Shown here piece after piece: positions 29,908 to 41,553 of a stretch of 64,000 bases of DNA (the stretch's first letter is position 1; the number at the start of each line of letters is the position of its first letter). The DNA is taken from assembly GCA_021324975.1 (NCBI GenBank), contig JAJPIA010000011.1, positions 15,984 through 79,983 on the forward strand, read 5' to 3'. The DNA is from Bacillota bacterium (GTDB lineage Bacteria > Sysuimicrobiota > Sysuimicrobiia > Sysuimicrobiales > Segetimicrobiaceae). The position numbers were made by a program, and so were the translations under genes. Below the pieces are notes generated by a model that was given only the letters and a program-made list of their open reading frames with translations, had not been told where the DNA came from and did no database searches.

Positions 29908-30769
29908 CGTCCGGGCCGGTCCGGGGACGAGCTACCTCCGCCGGTCCTTCCGGCTGCTCGGGCGCATCCCCGCCGCGTGGATCGGGGTCGCGATCGTGGC
30001 GCTTTTGCTGCTCGCCGCGCTGGCCGGTCCCGCCGTGGCGCCCCAGGATCCGTATCACATCTCCGCCGCCGACAAGCTCCGGCCGCCGTCGCCCGCGCAC
30101 TGGTTCGGGACGGACGACCTCGGCCGCGACCTCCTCAGCCGGGTACTCACCGGCGCGCGGATCTCGCTCGCGGTGAGCGTGGTCGTGCTTGCGCTGGCGA
30201 TGACGCTCGGCGTCGGCCTGGGACTCATCGCGGGATACTGGGGCGGATGGGCGGACGAAGCCCTGATGCGCACGACGGACGTGTTCCTCGCCTTCCCCCG
30301 GCTGGTCCTCGCGATCGTCATCGCGGCGACGCTCGGCGCCGGCCTCTCGAACACCGTGTTCGCGATCGCCCTGTCCTGGTGGCCCTGGTACACGCGGCTG
30401 GTGCGCGGTCAGATCCTGTCGCTGCGCGAGATGGAGTACGTGCAGGCGGCCGTCTCGCTCGGCGGGGGCCCGCGCCGGATCCTCATGCGGCACCTGCTCC
30501 CGAATGTCGCGACGACCGTCGTGATCCAGGCCTCGATCGACATCGGCTTTGCCATCCTGGCTACGGCGAGCCTCAGCTTCATCGGGCTCGGCGCGCAGCC
30601 GCCGACCCCCGAGTGGGGGGCGCTGATCGCGCAGGCGCGGAGCTACATGGTGGATGCGTGGTGGTATCCAACGTTTCCCGGGCTCGCCATCTTCTTCGCC
30701 GTGCTCGGGTTCAACCTACTGGGCAACGCGATCCGCGACGCGTTCGATCCGAAGCTCGGATCGAAGTGA
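29876..30769 (+). CDS. Peptide ABC transporter permease (DppC-like); start uncertain
   Basis: HWFGTDDLGRD, HLLPN, QPPTPEWG. Confidence 0.88.
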   Translation: MLSSTLASATSVRAGPGTSYLRRSFRLLGRIPAAWIGVAIVALLLLAALAGPAVAPQDPYHISAADKLRPPSPAHWFGTDDLGRDLLSRVLTGARISLAVSVVVLALAMTLGVGLGLIAGYWGGWADEALMRTTDVFLAFPRLVLAIVIAATLGAGLSNTVFAIALSWWPWYTRLVRGQILSLREMEYVQAAVSLGGGPRRILMRHLLPNVATTVVIQASIDIGFAILATASLSFIGLGAQPPTPEWGALIAQARSYMVDAWWYPTFPGLAIFFAVLGFNLLGNAIRDAFDPKLGSK

Positions 30770-30785
30770 CCGCGCTCTTTTCTAG

Positions 30786-30832
30786 TTGACATCGGCGACC
30801 CTGCAGGATAGAAATGAATGAGTACCCACTCA
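30786..30832 (+). promoter_or_regulatory. Sigma70-type promoter with TetR-like operator upstream of efflux genes
   Basis: TTGACA (30786-91)-17 nt-TAGAAA (30809-14); palindrome TGAGT-ACCC-ACTCA (30819-32). Confidence 0.65.
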
Positions 30833-30931
30833 GCAATTTAGCACCTTAACTCAGACTGTCGCCCCGCGTGACGCCGGCGTGTGCGCCCTTCCAGCCCGGC
30901 TGCCGTGGTTAGAGAAAGGAGACGCGTGTCG

Positions 30932-32347
30932 ATGTTTTGGCCCCACTACGTATCGAATCGGAGGACGCCACAGCGAACGCAGACAGCGGCGAACGCGCGG
31001 CGGCCTGCCCCTCACGCGCAGGCATGGGTCGCCGCCGCGCTGGCGGGCGTCATGCTCACCGGCTGCACGGCCGCGCGCGGCCACAGTCCAGATCCGCAGG
31101 CCGCGGCACCACCGCCGCCGCAGGTCGTCGTGACCGAGGCCATCCAGCACACGGTACCCGTCTACGAAGAGGACGTGGCCCAGACCGTGGCCGTGACGAC
31201 CGTGGATCTGCGCGCCCAAATCGGCGGCACGCTGGAGCAGGTGCTGTTCAAGCAGGGCGCGGAGGTGCGGCAAGGGCAGCTCCTCTTCGTCATCGATCAA
31301 CGGCCGTACACCGCGGCGCTGCAATCGGCGCGGGCCCAGCTCGCGACGGCCAGCGCAAACCTGCAGCAGGCGCTCGAGCAGGTCCAGCTTGCGCAGGCCA
31401 AGGCCCAACTGGCGTCGCTTCAGGCGACGCTGGTGAACGCGCAGAAGCAGGTGCAGCGCGATAAGTATCTCGTCGCGCAGCAGGCGCTGGCGCAGCAGCA
31501 ACTGGACAACGATACCGCGGCCGCCGACGCCGCCGCGGCGAACGTCGCCGCGCAGCAGGCGGTCGTCAAGAACACCGCGCTCTCCACCCTGGTCGGCATC
31601 GAGCAGGCGCGCGCCGGGGTGCAGCAGGCCCAGGCGGCCGTGACGCAGGCCGAGCTCAACCTGCACTACACGACCGTGCGGGCGCCGATCGACGGCGTGG
31701 TGGGGCTGCTGGCCGTGGACCAGGGCAATCTCGTCGGGGCCAACGGGCAGCTCGCCACGATGTCCTCGGTGGATCCCATCGTCGCGCAGTTCCACATGAG
31801 CGAGGTGACGTTCCTCGGCCTCGTAAAACGGGCGGCCGCGATCGCCGCCCAGACCGGGGCCACGGCGCTGACCGTGCCGTCGTTCCAGTTGGTGCTCGCA
31901 GACGGCAGCACGTACGCGCATCCCGGAACCTTCCGCACGCTCGACCGCGCGGTGGACCCGCAGACCGGGACGATCATCGTCCAGGCGTTGTTCCCGAACC
32001 CCGAGCGGTTGCTGCGCCCCGGCATGTTCGCGCGCGTCCGCGCCAAGCTGCAGGACCGGCCCAACGCGGTGCTCGTGCCGCAGGTGGCGGTGCAGCAGGT
32101 CCAGGGGGTGAAGACGGTGTTCGTCGTCGCGCCCGACAACACGGTGTCCGTGCGCACCATCACGGACGGCGGGCCTTATGGACAGTTCTTCATCGTCCTC
32201 GGCGGCCTGCGCGCCGGTGAGCGCGTGATCGTCGAAGGGATCCAAAAGGCCCGGCCGGGCGCCCGCGTCTCCCCGACGCCGCGGCCCGCGCCGCCATTGC
32301 CGCCCAGCACGGGGCGCGCGAGGACGGTGGGAGCGCAACCGTGCTGA
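30932..32347 (+). CDS. RND efflux periplasmic adaptor (MFP)
   Basis: Lipobox-like MLTGC, long alpha-hairpin, [20 protein letters not shown]. Confidence 0.92.
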   Translation: MFWPHYVSNRRTPQRTQTAANARRPAPHAQAWVAAALAGVMLTGCTAARGHSPDPQAAAPPPPQVVVTEAIQHTVPVYEEDVAQTVAVTTVDLRAQIGGTLEQVLFKQGAEVRQGQLLFVIDQRPYTAALQSARAQLATASANLQQALEQVQLAQAKAQLASLQATLVNAQKQVQRDKYLVAQQALAQQQLDNDTAAADAAAANVAAQQAVVKNTALSTLVGIEQARAGVQQAQAAVTQAELNLHYTTVRAPIDGVVGLLAVDQGNLVGANGQLATMSSVDPIVAQFHMSEVTFLGLVKRAAAIAAQTGATALTVPSFQLVLADGSTYAHPGTFRTLDRAVDPQTGTIIVQALFPNPERLLRPGMFARVRAKLQDRPNAVLVPQVAVQQVQGVKTVFVVAPDNTVSVRTITDGGPYGQFFIVLGGLRAGERVIVEGIQKARPGARVSPTPRPAPPLPPSTGRARTVGAQPC

Positions 32348-35300
32348 GCCGGTTTTTCATCCACCGCCCGGTCTTTGCGATTTCGATGTCGCTCTTGATC
32401 GTCATCGTGGGCGCGCTGTCGTACGAGACCCTGCCCCGGGAGCAGTATCCCAATATCGCCCCGCCGACGGTCACCGTGACGACCACGTACATCGGCGCCA
32501 GCCCCGAGGTTGTCGCGTCGAACGTCGCCGTCCCGATCGAGGAAGCCGTCAACGGCGCGCCGGACATGCTCTACATGCAGTCCCAAAGCTCGTCCAACGG
32601 GCAGTACTCGCTCACCGTGACTTTCCGCCTCGGCACGGATCCCGACATCGACGCCGTGGCGGTCCAAAATCGCGTGACCCAGGCGTCGGCGAACCTCCCC
32701 GCCGCAGTGAACAACTTCGGCATCACCGTCCGCAAAGCGTCCCCGAACTTCCTCATGGGCATCGCCGTGTACTCGCCGCAGGACAGCTACGACGCCACGT
32801 TCCTTTCGAACTATGCGCTCCTCCATATCGTCGACCCGCTCGCGCGTGTCGAGGGCGTCGGCGACTACTTCGTCTTTCCGGATCAGAGCTACGCGCTGCG
32901 CGCGTGGCTCCGCCCGGACCGGCTCGCGGCCCTCGGGCTGACGGTCTCGGATGTGTCCAACGCAATTACGGCGCAGAACGTGGTGGCGCCGACCGGGACG
33001 CTGGGGCAGCGCCCGTCGTTGCCCGGCACGGAGATCCAGTACACCGTAAGCTCTTACGGCCAGGTGACGGACCCGAACCAGCTCGGCAACATCGTCGTCC
33101 ACACGCTGCCGGACGGCAGCATCGTCCGCCTCCGCGACGTGGCTTCCACCGACCTCGGCGCGCAAAGTTACACGACGAACGGCGCGTGGAACGGCCATCC
33201 CGCGGCCGTGATCATTCTGCTCCAGGCCCCGGGGACAAACGCGCTGGCCGCCTCGCAGGGGGTCCGGACCACGCTCGCCGGCCTCGACAAGCAGTTCCCG
33301 CCCGGGCTCACCGCGGAAGTCGCCTTCGACACCACGCTGTTCATCACGGAGGCGCTCAACGAGGTCACGCAGACCCTCGGCCTCGCCGTGCTCCTCGTGC
33401 TGTGCGTCGTCACGCTCTTCCTGGGCCGGGCGCGCGCCACGCTGATCCCGATGCTCGCGATCCCGGTGTCGCTCATCGGCGCCATGGCGGCGTTCAACGC
33501 GCTCGGGTTCACGATCAACATCCTGACGATGTTCGCGATGACGCTTGCCATCGGGCTCGTCGTGGACGACGCCATCGTCGTCGTCGAGGCGGTGGAGCGC
33601 CACATCGAACAGGGGCTGGGGCCCCTCGCGGCCGCCGAGGCCGCGATGCGGCTGGTGCAGGGACCGATCATCGGCATCGTGCTCGTGCTGGACGCCGTGT
33701 TCCTGCCGACGGCGTTCATCGGGGGGCTGAGCGGCCAGCTCTACCGCCAGTTCGCGCTGACGCTCGTGGCCAGCGTCACGCTCTCCGGCTTCGTCGCGCT
33801 GACCCTGACGCCCGCGCTCTGCGGGCTGCTGCTCCGGCCGAGCCGCCCCGGCCGCGGGCCCCTCGCCTGGTTCTTTGGCGGCTTCAACTCGCTCTTCGCG
33901 CGCGGCACCGAGTTGTACATCCGCATGTTGCGCGGGGCCATCCGCGCGCGGTGGCTCCTGGTTGCGGCGCTCGTGGTCATCGCCGCCATCACGTTCCAGC
34001 TGCTGCGCATGATCCCATCCACGTTTGTGCCGATCGAGGATCAGGGGTTCTTCGTGGTCGCGTTCCGGCTGCCCGACGGCGCCACGCAGGGACGCACGGA
34101 GGCGGTGGAGCGCAAGGCGGAGCAGTTTCTGGTGCGCATGCCGGGCGTGGATCGGGTGATCACCGTCGGCGGGTACGACATCCTGGCGGGCGGCACCATC
34201 AATTCCAACGCCTTCGCCGCGTTTGTCGTGCTGAAACCGTGGAGCGAGCGGCGCGCCAAGAACGAACAGCTGTTCCCGCTCCTGACCCGCGCCAACGTCG
34301 CGCTCTCCCAGTATCCAGAGGGGATCGGCTTTGCGTTCCCGCTCCCCCCGCTCCCGGGCGAGGGCAACGTGAACGGCTTCCAGTTCATGGCGGAGGACCT
34401 CAACGGCACCGGCGATCTCAACCGGCTTGCCCAGGTGGCGCAGGGCGTGATCGGCGCGGCGAGCACCCATCCCACGGTGACGTCGCTCTCCACCGGGTTC
34501 CGCACGACGACGCCGCGCTACAACGTCACGCTGAACCGGGACAAGGCCGGGACCCTCGGCGTCTCCGTGGACAGCGTGTATCAGAGCCTGTCCGCGCTCC
34601 TCGGTGGTATTCAGATCAACAACGTGACGCTGTTCGGGCGGATCTTCAAGGTGATGATCCAGGCCGAACCGGCGTACCGCATGTCCGCGTCCAGCATCGG
34701 CGATTTCTTCGTGCGCACCAACGCCGGGGGAATGGTGCCGCTCAGCACGCTCGTGTCGGTCGCGCCGGGTACCGGCCCGAGCCTCGTCACGCGGTACAAC
34801 GGCTACTACGCGGCGGAGGTGGACGGCCAAGCGCCGTTCGGGGCCAGCTCCGCGCGCGCCATCGACACGATGGAGCAGGTCGCCCGCACGGCGCTACCGG
34901 CCGGCTTCGGCTACGAGTGGACGGGGCTCGCCTATCAGGAGAAGCAGGCGGGGAGCACGCAGGCGTTGATCTTCGTGCTCGCGCTGGTGCTCGTCTTCCT
35001 GCTCCTCGCGGCCCTCTACGAGAGCTGGAGCATCCCATTCAGCGTGCTGCTCGCGGTGCCCATCGCCGCGTTCGGCTCGCTCGCCGCGATCATGATACGC
35101 GGCATCGTGTTCCGGGACGTGCTCAACGACGTCTACGTGCAGATCGGCCTGGTCATGCTGATCGGCCTGACGGCAAAGAACGCGATCCTGATCGTCGAGT
35201 ACGCCAAGGAGCAGCACGAGCGGGAGGGGCTCTCGGTCATCGACGCCGCCATCGCGGGGGCGCGCCTCCGGCTGCGCCCGATCCTCATGACGTCGCTCGC

Positions 35301-35589
35301 GTTTGTGTTCGCGGCGCTGCCGATGGTGGTGGCCACCGGGGCGGGCGCGAACGCGCGGCACTCGCTCGGCACCGGGGTGGTCGGCGGCATGACCATGGCC
35401 ACGCTGTTGGGTATCTTCTTCATCCCGGTCCTGTACGTGCTCGTGGCGGGCACGGAGCGGCGCCGCGACCGGACGCGCCCGGGTGCGCCGGCCGGCACGC
35501 CGGCGCCGGAACCGGAAGAACCGGAGCTTCCGCCCGCGCCCGACGACCACGGGCCGACGGCGGACCACGAAGGCGAGGCGTCCGCGTAA
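32341..35589 (+). CDS. RND efflux transporter (HAE1/AcrB-like)
   Basis: [46 protein letters not shown]. Confidence 0.96.
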   Translation: MLSRFFIHRPVFAISMSLLIVIVGALSYETLPREQYPNIAPPTVTVTTTYIGASPEVVASNVAVPIEEAVNGAPDMLYMQSQSSSNGQYSLTVTFRLGTDPDIDAVAVQNRVTQASANLPAAVNNFGITVRKASPNFLMGIAVYSPQDSYDATFLSNYALLHIVDPLARVEGVGDYFVFPDQSYALRAWLRPDRLAALGLTVSDVSNAITAQNVVAPTGTLGQRPSLPGTEIQYTVSSYGQVTDPNQLGNIVVHTLPDGSIVRLRDVASTDLGAQSYTTNGAWNGHPAAVIILLQAPGTNALAASQGVRTTLAGLDKQFPPGLTAEVAFDTTLFITEALNEVTQTLGLAVLLVLCVVTLFLGRARATLIPMLAIPVSLIGAMAAFNALGFTINILTMFAMTLAIGLVVDDAIVVVEAVERHIEQGLGPLAAAEAAMRLVQGPIIGIVLVLDAVFLPTAFIGGLSGQLYRQFALTLVASVTLSGFVALTLTPALCGLLLRPSRPGRGPLAWFFGGFNSLFARGTELYIRMLRGAIRARWLLVAALVVIAAITFQLLRMIPSTFVPIEDQGFFVVAFRLPDGATQGRTEAVERKAEQFLVRMPGVDRVITVGGYDILAGGTINSNAFAAFVVLKPWSERRAKNEQLFPLLTRANVALSQYPEGIGFAFPLPPLPGEGNVNGFQFMAEDLNGTGDLNRLAQVAQGVIGAASTHPTVTSLSTGFRTTTPRYNVTLNRDKAGTLGVSVDSVYQSLSALLGGIQINNVTLFGRIFKVMIQAEPAYRMSASSIGDFFVRTNAGGMVPLSTLVSVAPGTGPSLVTRYNGYYAAEVDGQAPFGASSARAIDTMEQVARTALPAGFGYEWTGLAYQEKQAGSTQALIFVLALVLVFLLLAALYESWSIPFSVLLAVPIAAFGSLAAIMIRGIVFRDVLNDVYVQIGLVMLIGLTAKNAILIVEYAKEQHEREGLSVIDAAIAGARLRLRPILMTSLAFVFAALPMVVATGAGANARHSLGTGVVGGMTMATLLGIFFIPVLYVLVAGTERRRDRTRPGAPAGTPAPEPEEPELPPAPDDHGPTADHEGEASA

Positions 35590-35797
35590 GCGGGCGCCAG
35601 ACGGAGCTCGCGCGGCTACGACTTGCTAATCGTTCTCATCCGCTTCTTCGCCAGATCTCACCTGTGAGATTGAACGAATAATCGAGCTACCCGTCGGAGC
35701 CTTTCCCAAACCTGCCTTCGAAGCCGCCGTCGCCGCGCAGCCCGGAAAAGCTCACCTGGAAGCGATGGGGTCTCCGCGGTTACTTGAGGCCCGGCGA

Positions 35798-37642
35798 CTA
35801 CCACCCGATCGCGTAGTTGCGCTCGCCGCGCGAGCTGGCGCCGCCCTCGATGAGGCGGCGCGCCGGATCATATCGCACCGCGGTCGTGTAGTTGAGGCTC
35901 CAGTCGCCGGCCAGGCGGATCTCGTGGCCCCGTGCGCGCAGGTCGTCGAGCACCGCCTCCGGGACGCGGCGCTCGACCACGAGCTCCCGCGGCTTTGCCT
36001 GGCGCGGGTAGAACGAGCTCGACATGTGCGCGGAATGAAAGCTTGGCGCGTCGATCGCGTCCTGCACGTCCATCCCGAAGTCCACCATGTTCAGGAAAAA
36101 CTGGAGCGTCCACTGGTCCTGTTGGTCGCCGCCGGGCGTGCCGAAGACGAGATGCGGCTCGCCCTCGCGCGTCACCAGGGACGGCGTCAGCGTGGTGCGC
36201 GGGCGCTTCCGCGGCGCCAGGGCGCTCGGATGGGCCGGATCGTGCAGCCAGAACATCTGGATGCGGGTGCCGAGGCTGAACCCCAGACCCGGGATCACCG
36301 GCGAACTGCGGAACCACCCGCCGCTCGGCGTCGCGGAGAACATGTTGCCGTCGGCGTCGACGGCTCGCGTCCCGGTCGTCCCCCCGCTCCATGCCCGGCC
36401 GTCCGCGGCGACGGGCGACGCCGGCGCGGTACGGCCCTCAAACGGATACGGATCACCGGGGCGAAGCTCGGCCGAGGCTGCGCGGGGATCGATGAGCCCG
36501 CGGCGGGACGCGGCGTAGGCCTTGGACAGCAGCCCGCGGAGCGGCACGTCCACGTACTCCGGATCGCCGTAGTACCGCTCCCGGTCGGCCATCGCCAGCT
36601 TCGTCGCCTCGATGACCGTGTGGATGTAGTCCGCGGAGTTGTGCCCGAGCGCGCGCAGATCGATGCCTTCCAGCAGGCCGAGTTGCTGCAGGAACACCGG
36701 CCCCTGCGACCAGGGGCCGCACTTGTGCACCTCGTAGCCGCGATACGTGGCGGACACCGGCGCCTCGAAGCTCGCGCGGTATTGCGCGAAGTCGTCTTCA
36801 GTGAGCAGGCCGTTCGAGACGACGCCGTTCGCGTCGCGGATCTTGGTATCGCGCTGGAACGCCACGATCTCCCGCGCGATCGGACCGCGGTAGAAGTAGT
36901 CGCGCGCGGCGGCGAGGGCCTCGCTGCGGCCGCGCGAGCGTGCGCCCCGCTCCGCCTCGACGAGCCGCTCGAATGTACGGGCGAGATCGGGATTGCGCCA
37001 AGTGTCGCCGAGCCGTGGCGCCGCACCCCCAGGGAAGAACACCGCCGCGGAAGACGGCCACTCCCGGAGCCGTGGCTCGTGCTCCGTCACCGACCGGAGC
37101 ATCCCCTCGTAGATAGGAAAACCGCCCGCGGCGAGCTCGATCGCCGGGGCGAGCACCTGCTCGAGCGACAGCCGGCCGTAGCGGTCGAGCACGGTGATCA
37201 GCGCGTCCGGAACCGCGCAGACGCCCGCCGCGAGAAACCCGTCACCGGGAATCAGAGTGATGCCCTGCGATCGGAACCACTCGATCGTGGCTCGGGACGG
37301 CGCGCGGGTATTGCCATTGACCGCGACGACCCGGCGCTCGCGCCCATCGTACACGAGGATGGGGACCTCGCCGCCGAAGCCGAAGCTCTGAAACTCCAGC
37401 ACCGACTGCGCAAAAACCATGGCCACGCCGGCGTCGAACGCGTTGCCGCCGAGCGCATGCATGCGCATCCCGGCCGCGGCCGCCAGGTAGTGACCGCAGG
37501 CCACGACGAGCGAGCGCCCGCGGATCACCGGGCGCGTCGCGCTCGTCGCAAATTGCCAGTCGGTGTACGCGGGGCTCGCGGTCGCGTCCCGCACGGGCCC
37601 AGTGCCGGCGTCCGTTCGCGGCGGAGTGTCCGGCATCGTCAC
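35798..37642 (-). CDS. Gamma-glutamyltransferase family protein
   Basis: GGNAFDA, GGE, nucleophile region GTT...VDADGN, GTPGGDQQ; GTGA overlap. Confidence 0.92.
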   Translation of the reverse strand: MTMPDTPPRTDAGTGPVRDATASPAYTDWQFATSATRPVIRGRSLVVACGHYLAAAAGMRMHALGGNAFDAGVAMVFAQSVLEFQSFGFGGEVPILVYDGRERRVVAVNGNTRAPSRATIEWFRSQGITLIPGDGFLAAGVCAVPDALITVLDRYGRLSLEQVLAPAIELAAGGFPIYEGMLRSVTEHEPRLREWPSSAAVFFPGGAAPRLGDTWRNPDLARTFERLVEAERGARSRGRSEALAAARDYFYRGPIAREIVAFQRDTKIRDANGVVSNGLLTEDDFAQYRASFEAPVSATYRGYEVHKCGPWSQGPVFLQQLGLLEGIDLRALGHNSADYIHTVIEATKLAMADRERYYGDPEYVDVPLRGLLSKAYAASRRGLIDPRAASAELRPGDPYPFEGRTAPASPVAADGRAWSGGTTGTRAVDADGNMFSATPSGGWFRSSPVIPGLGFSLGTRIQMFWLHDPAHPSALAPRKRPRTTLTPSLVTREGEPHLVFGTPGGDQQDQWTLQFFLNMVDFGMDVQDAIDAPSFHSAHMSSSFYPRQAKPRELVVERRVPEAVLDDLRARGHEIRLAGDWSLNYTTAVRYDPARRLIEGGASSRGERNYAIGW

Positions 37643-38955
37643 CGGCGCCGAACCGCCGCGAACGCCGCGTCGCACGCCTCGAGTGTGCGGTCCGCGTCCG
37701 CGTCGGTGTGCGCCAGCGACAGGTAAAACTTCTCGTTGGGATTGGTCAAGATCCCGCGCCGGATGAGCTCCACGGACCAGCGCAGGTTGAGGTCCTTATC
37801 GGCCGTGAGCAGGTCCTCCCACGTTCTGAGCGGCCGCCGGTCCGTGAACCGGACGCCAAACACCGCGTCCTCGCCGGGCGTCTGCACGGCAAACCCGTAG
37901 CGGGCGCCGATCGCGGGGATCTCGCGGCGCAGCCGGCCGCCGATGCGGTGCAGATGCTCGAACGCTCCGGGACGCGCGAGAATCTCCAGGGCGGTGAGGC
38001 CGGCGATCGCGCTCACGGGGTTGCCGTTGAGCGTGCCGCTGGCCCACACCAGATGCGCACGATCGACCCGCCGCGCGTCCAGATGCTTCATTACACCGGC
38101 GCGGCCCGCGATCGCGGCCATCGGAAACCCGCCGGACATCGCCTTGCCGTAGGTCGCGAGGTCCGGCACGACGCCGTACCGCTCCTGCGCACCGCCCCAG
38201 GCGATGCGGAAGCCGGTCACGACCTCATCGAAGATGAGCACGATCCCATGACGCCGTGTGGCCTCACGCACAGTTTCGAGAAAGCCGGGCACTGGTACGA
38301 GCACCCGCTGGAGCGGCTCCACGATCACCGCGGCCAATTCGTGCGCGTGCTGGTCGATCAGCTCCGCGGCGCGCGCGGCGTCGTTGAACGGCGCCACGAG
38401 CACCTGACCCCGAAGGGCGTCCGGGATGCCGAGCGAGTCCGGCGCGGCGTCCGGATACGGGCTCGGTTGCGGCGGGACCGTGCCCCAGAGCGCATAGTCG
38501 TTCATCCCGTGCCAGCCGCCCTCGAACTTGAGGATCTTCTGGCGCCCGGTGGCGGCCCGCGCCACACGGAGCGCGAAGAACGTCGCCTCGGTCCCCGCGC
38601 CGGTGAAGTGCACCTGGTCCGCGCATGGAATGGCCTCCACCATGCGCTCGCTCAATCGAATGACGGGCTCGTTCAGGAAGTAATAAGTCGACCCCTTGGC
38701 GACCTGGCGTTGCACCGCCTCGACGATCTCCGGGTGGGCGTGTCCGAGGAGCGCCGGTCCCGACCCCAAATGGTAGTCGATCAAGTTGCGGCCGGACGCA
38801 TCGGTCACATGGCTGCCGCGCCCCTCCGCGATCACGAGGTTGACTTCCGGTGGAAGAACAAACAGGCCCAAGCCGCCGCCCGCGAGATAACGGCCGGCGC
38901 GGTCCAAGAGATCGGCTTGGCGATCGAGCTGGGTGCTCTGGGGATTGGGCGTCAT
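37639..38955 (-). CDS. Class III PLP aminotransferase (GSA aminomutase-like)
   Basis: GTEA, FEGGWHG, FDEVVTGFR, PDLATYGK, GTLNGNP; ATG after GGAGG. Confidence 0.9.
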   Translation of the reverse strand: MTPNPQSTQLDRQADLLDRAGRYLAGGGLGLFVLPPEVNLVIAEGRGSHVTDASGRNLIDYHLGSGPALLGHAHPEIVEAVQRQVAKGSTYYFLNEPVIRLSERMVEAIPCADQVHFTGAGTEATFFALRVARAATGRQKILKFEGGWHGMNDYALWGTVPPQPSPYPDAAPDSLGIPDALRGQVLVAPFNDAARAAELIDQHAHELAAVIVEPLQRVLVPVPGFLETVREATRRHGIVLIFDEVVTGFRIAWGGAQERYGVVPDLATYGKAMSGGFPMAAIAGRAGVMKHLDARRVDRAHLVWASGTLNGNPVSAIAGLTALEILARPGAFEHLHRIGGRLRREIPAIGARYGFAVQTPGEDAVFGVRFTDRRPLRTWEDLLTADKDLNLRWSVELIRRGILTNPNEKFYLSLAHTDADADRTLEACDAAFAAVRRR

Positions 38956-39076
38956 CCAGTGGCCTCCGGCGAAACGCGATCTGCGACACACTTCCATGGG
39001 GATCGGGGGTCTCCTCCCATTGACTGTCCCCTCCGGGTGAGAGCCATTCAACGCAGAACATCTTGGACCCGATCCA

Positions 39077-41012
39077 GCTTCAAAGAGGCCGCCGTCTTTC
39101 AACGGCGGAAACCCTTCGCTTCGCGGGGCGATACGCTCAATGCGCTTGAGCTTCAATGAGGCCGCCGTCTTTCAACGGCGGAAACGTGTTCCTCCTCACT
39201 GCCCCTTTCTCTCCAAGAGGATGCTTCAATGAGGCCGCCGTCTTTCAACGGCGGAAACGTGGAAAGAAATTTTCTTGGAGTAGTAGTAGCAAAGCTTCAA
39301 TGAGGCCGCCGTCTTTCAACGGCGGAAACTGCTCGGTCTCCCGAACTACTTCGACGCGTTCGCGAATGCTTCAATGAGGCCGCCGTCTTTCAACGGCGGA
39401 AACCGGGGTTCGCCGAGTTCGACGTGTCCGGCTCGGCACCGCTTCAATGAGGCCGCCGTCTTTCAACGGCGGAAACGTTCGACGGCAATGGCATCACGGA
39501 CGAAGTGCAGATGCTTCAATGAGGCCGCCGTCTTTCAACGGCGGAAACGTCGCGCGCTGAGTACCTGAAAGGCGCGTCGTACCTGCTTCAATGAGGCCGC
39601 CGTCTTTCAACGGCGGAAACGACGAGACCATTTTGATAGTGGTCCTTTTGCCGAAGCAGCTTCAATGAGGCCGCCGTCTTTCAACGGCGGAAACGTTCCA
39701 TGCGGGCTTTACACCGGAGCGCTGAAGATAATGCTTCAATGAGGCCGCCGTCTTTCAACGGCGGAAACCAAGAACATCATTGCGGACAAGACGTATGGGT
39801 TGTACGGCTTCAATGAGGCCGCCGTCTTTCAACGGCGGAAACGGTGCAGGTCTCGTACTCGGTGCGCCCGCTCGACGAGCTTCAATGAGGCCGCCGTCTT
39901 TCAACGGCGGAAACAAGACCACCTGTTTTACTGCATGCCACATAACGTGCCCGCTTCAATGAGGCCGCCGTCTTTCAACGGCGGAAACTCCGGCCACATA
40001 ATTTGGCTCCGGGTTAGAGATGGGCTTCAATGAGGCCGCCGTCTTTCAACGGCGGAAACCAAATTACGCCGGTACATTTAGTACGCGATCATACGCTTCA
40101 ATGAGGCCGCCGTCTTTCAACGGCGGAAACCTTTGGTATCGCAAGGATAGCACATACCCAAGAAACCGCTTCAATGAGGCCGCCGTCTTTCAACGGCGGA
40201 AACCAGACCACCACGCTCGATGCGTTCTGCGCGGCATGGCTTCAATGAGGCCGCCGTCTTTCAACGGCGGAAACCGGCACCTCGCTCGCGTTCATGGTCG
40301 CCAGCAGTGGCGGCTTCAATGAGGCCGCCGTCTTTCAACGGCGGAAACTCTACTTCCTGAGCCGTGGCAGCGGCGGGACGAACAGCTTCAATGAGGCCGC
40401 CGTCTTTCAACGGCGGAAACCGGCAGGCCGTCCAGATCGGCTCCCGGCGGCGGATCTGGCTTCAATGAGGCCGCCGTCTTTCAACGGCGGAAACTCGCCC
40501 GCGGCCGGGGTGGCAAGCCGGGGTGGCAAGCGCGCTCTCGGGCAAGCTTCAATGAGGCCGCCGTCTTTCAACGGCGGAAACCTCAAAACCCTGCTCGCCA
40601 TGATCCTGTCCATCCTCAGGCTTCAATGAGGCCGCCGTCTTTCAACGGCGGAAACCCGGGCCCCAAACACATTACCCAGGCAGAGGAGGTGCTTCAATGA
40701 GGCCGCCGTCTTTCAACGGCGGAAACCTCGTGCGCTCGGCCTGGACGCCGATGTTATAGCTGCTTCAATGAGGCCGCCGTCTTTCAACGGCGGAAACGTA
40801 CAGGCGCACCGAGGCGTGGCTTCTGCGCGAGGGCTTCAATGAGGCCGCCGTCTTTCAACGGCGGAAACTCTTCAAGCCGGGTCATCTCATCCTCGACACC
40901 ACGACGCTTCAATGAGGCCGCCGTCTTTCAACGGCGGAAACTTGTCCGGGACGCGGTCAGTCTCGCCGGATGCCTGGCTTCAATGAGGCCGCCGTCTTTC
41001 AACGGCGGAAAC
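39077..41012 (-). CRISPR. Type I-G CRISPR array, 27 repeats / 26 spacers
   Basis: 36-bp repeat GTTTCCGCCGTTGAAAGACGGCGGCCTCATTGAAGC (minus); spacers 35-38 bp except one of 51 bp; leader-distal repeat at 39077 has one substitution. Confidence 0.99.
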
Positions 41013-41250
41013 AGCGCGTGGCGCTGGCCCTTACTACCGAAGGTTCCCACGCAAGTCTTGCGAGCACCCGCCTCTCTTCAGGTCCGCTTTCTCGCACGTA
41101 TCACATTTGATGCTGAGGCGAGCCGCAAGGTCTGACAATGGACAACCAGTTTCGGACAAATGCGAGCGGCGCTCCCAAAACGACAAATCACGCCGCCGCT
41201 CGCGCCGACCCGCACATCTGTTCTATTGTCAAGGTGCGAGGGCTACTAGC
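41013..41250 (-). promoter_or_regulatory. CRISPR leader
   Basis: Non-coding region between the cas2 stop and the first perfect repeat; contains paired GCGAG/CTCGC inverted motifs. Confidence 0.8.
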
Positions 41251-41553
41251 CTACACAACTCTGTATCGCTTGGCCACGGGAACAACAGCGCTGCCCAACG
41301 CGTGTATCCTGCGCAGCGCGCGACCGTGTGCTATGCCGAGATCGATGATATGCACGCTGTCTTCCGGAAGCTTTACCACCTTGATCAGCGCCTCCTGCAT
41401 CAGTACCTGTTCGGCGGACGACAGGTTGCAGACAAAGACTGAGTATTGCAGGGGATCGCCGTAACCCAGCATGGTTTCGTGCGTTTTCCGCAATCTCTTC
41501 GGCTCACGAACGTCGTAGCAAACGACGAATCGACGGCGTTGAGTCTCGCTCAT
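41251..41553 (-). CDS. cas2: CRISPR-associated endonuclease Cas2
   Basis: VCYDV, LQYSVFVC; ATGA overlap with cas1. Confidence 0.96.
   Translation of the reverse strand: MSETQRRRFVVCYDVREPKRLRKTHETMLGYGDPLQYSVFVCNLSSAEQVLMQEALIKVVKLPEDSVHIIDLGIAHGRALRRIHALGSAVVPVAKRYRVV

Noticed and set aside
38956..39156. N-terminal extension of the aminotransferase ORF
   Set aside because: Runs into the CRISPR array; ATG at 38955 has a good RBS
40582..40619. Spacer resembling chromosomal 12406-12421 (15/16 nt)
   Set aside because: Match covers under half the spacer; consistent with chance
39156..41135. Short ORFs with repeated MRPPSFNGGN / FNEAAVFQRRK
   Set aside because: Translations of CRISPR repeats
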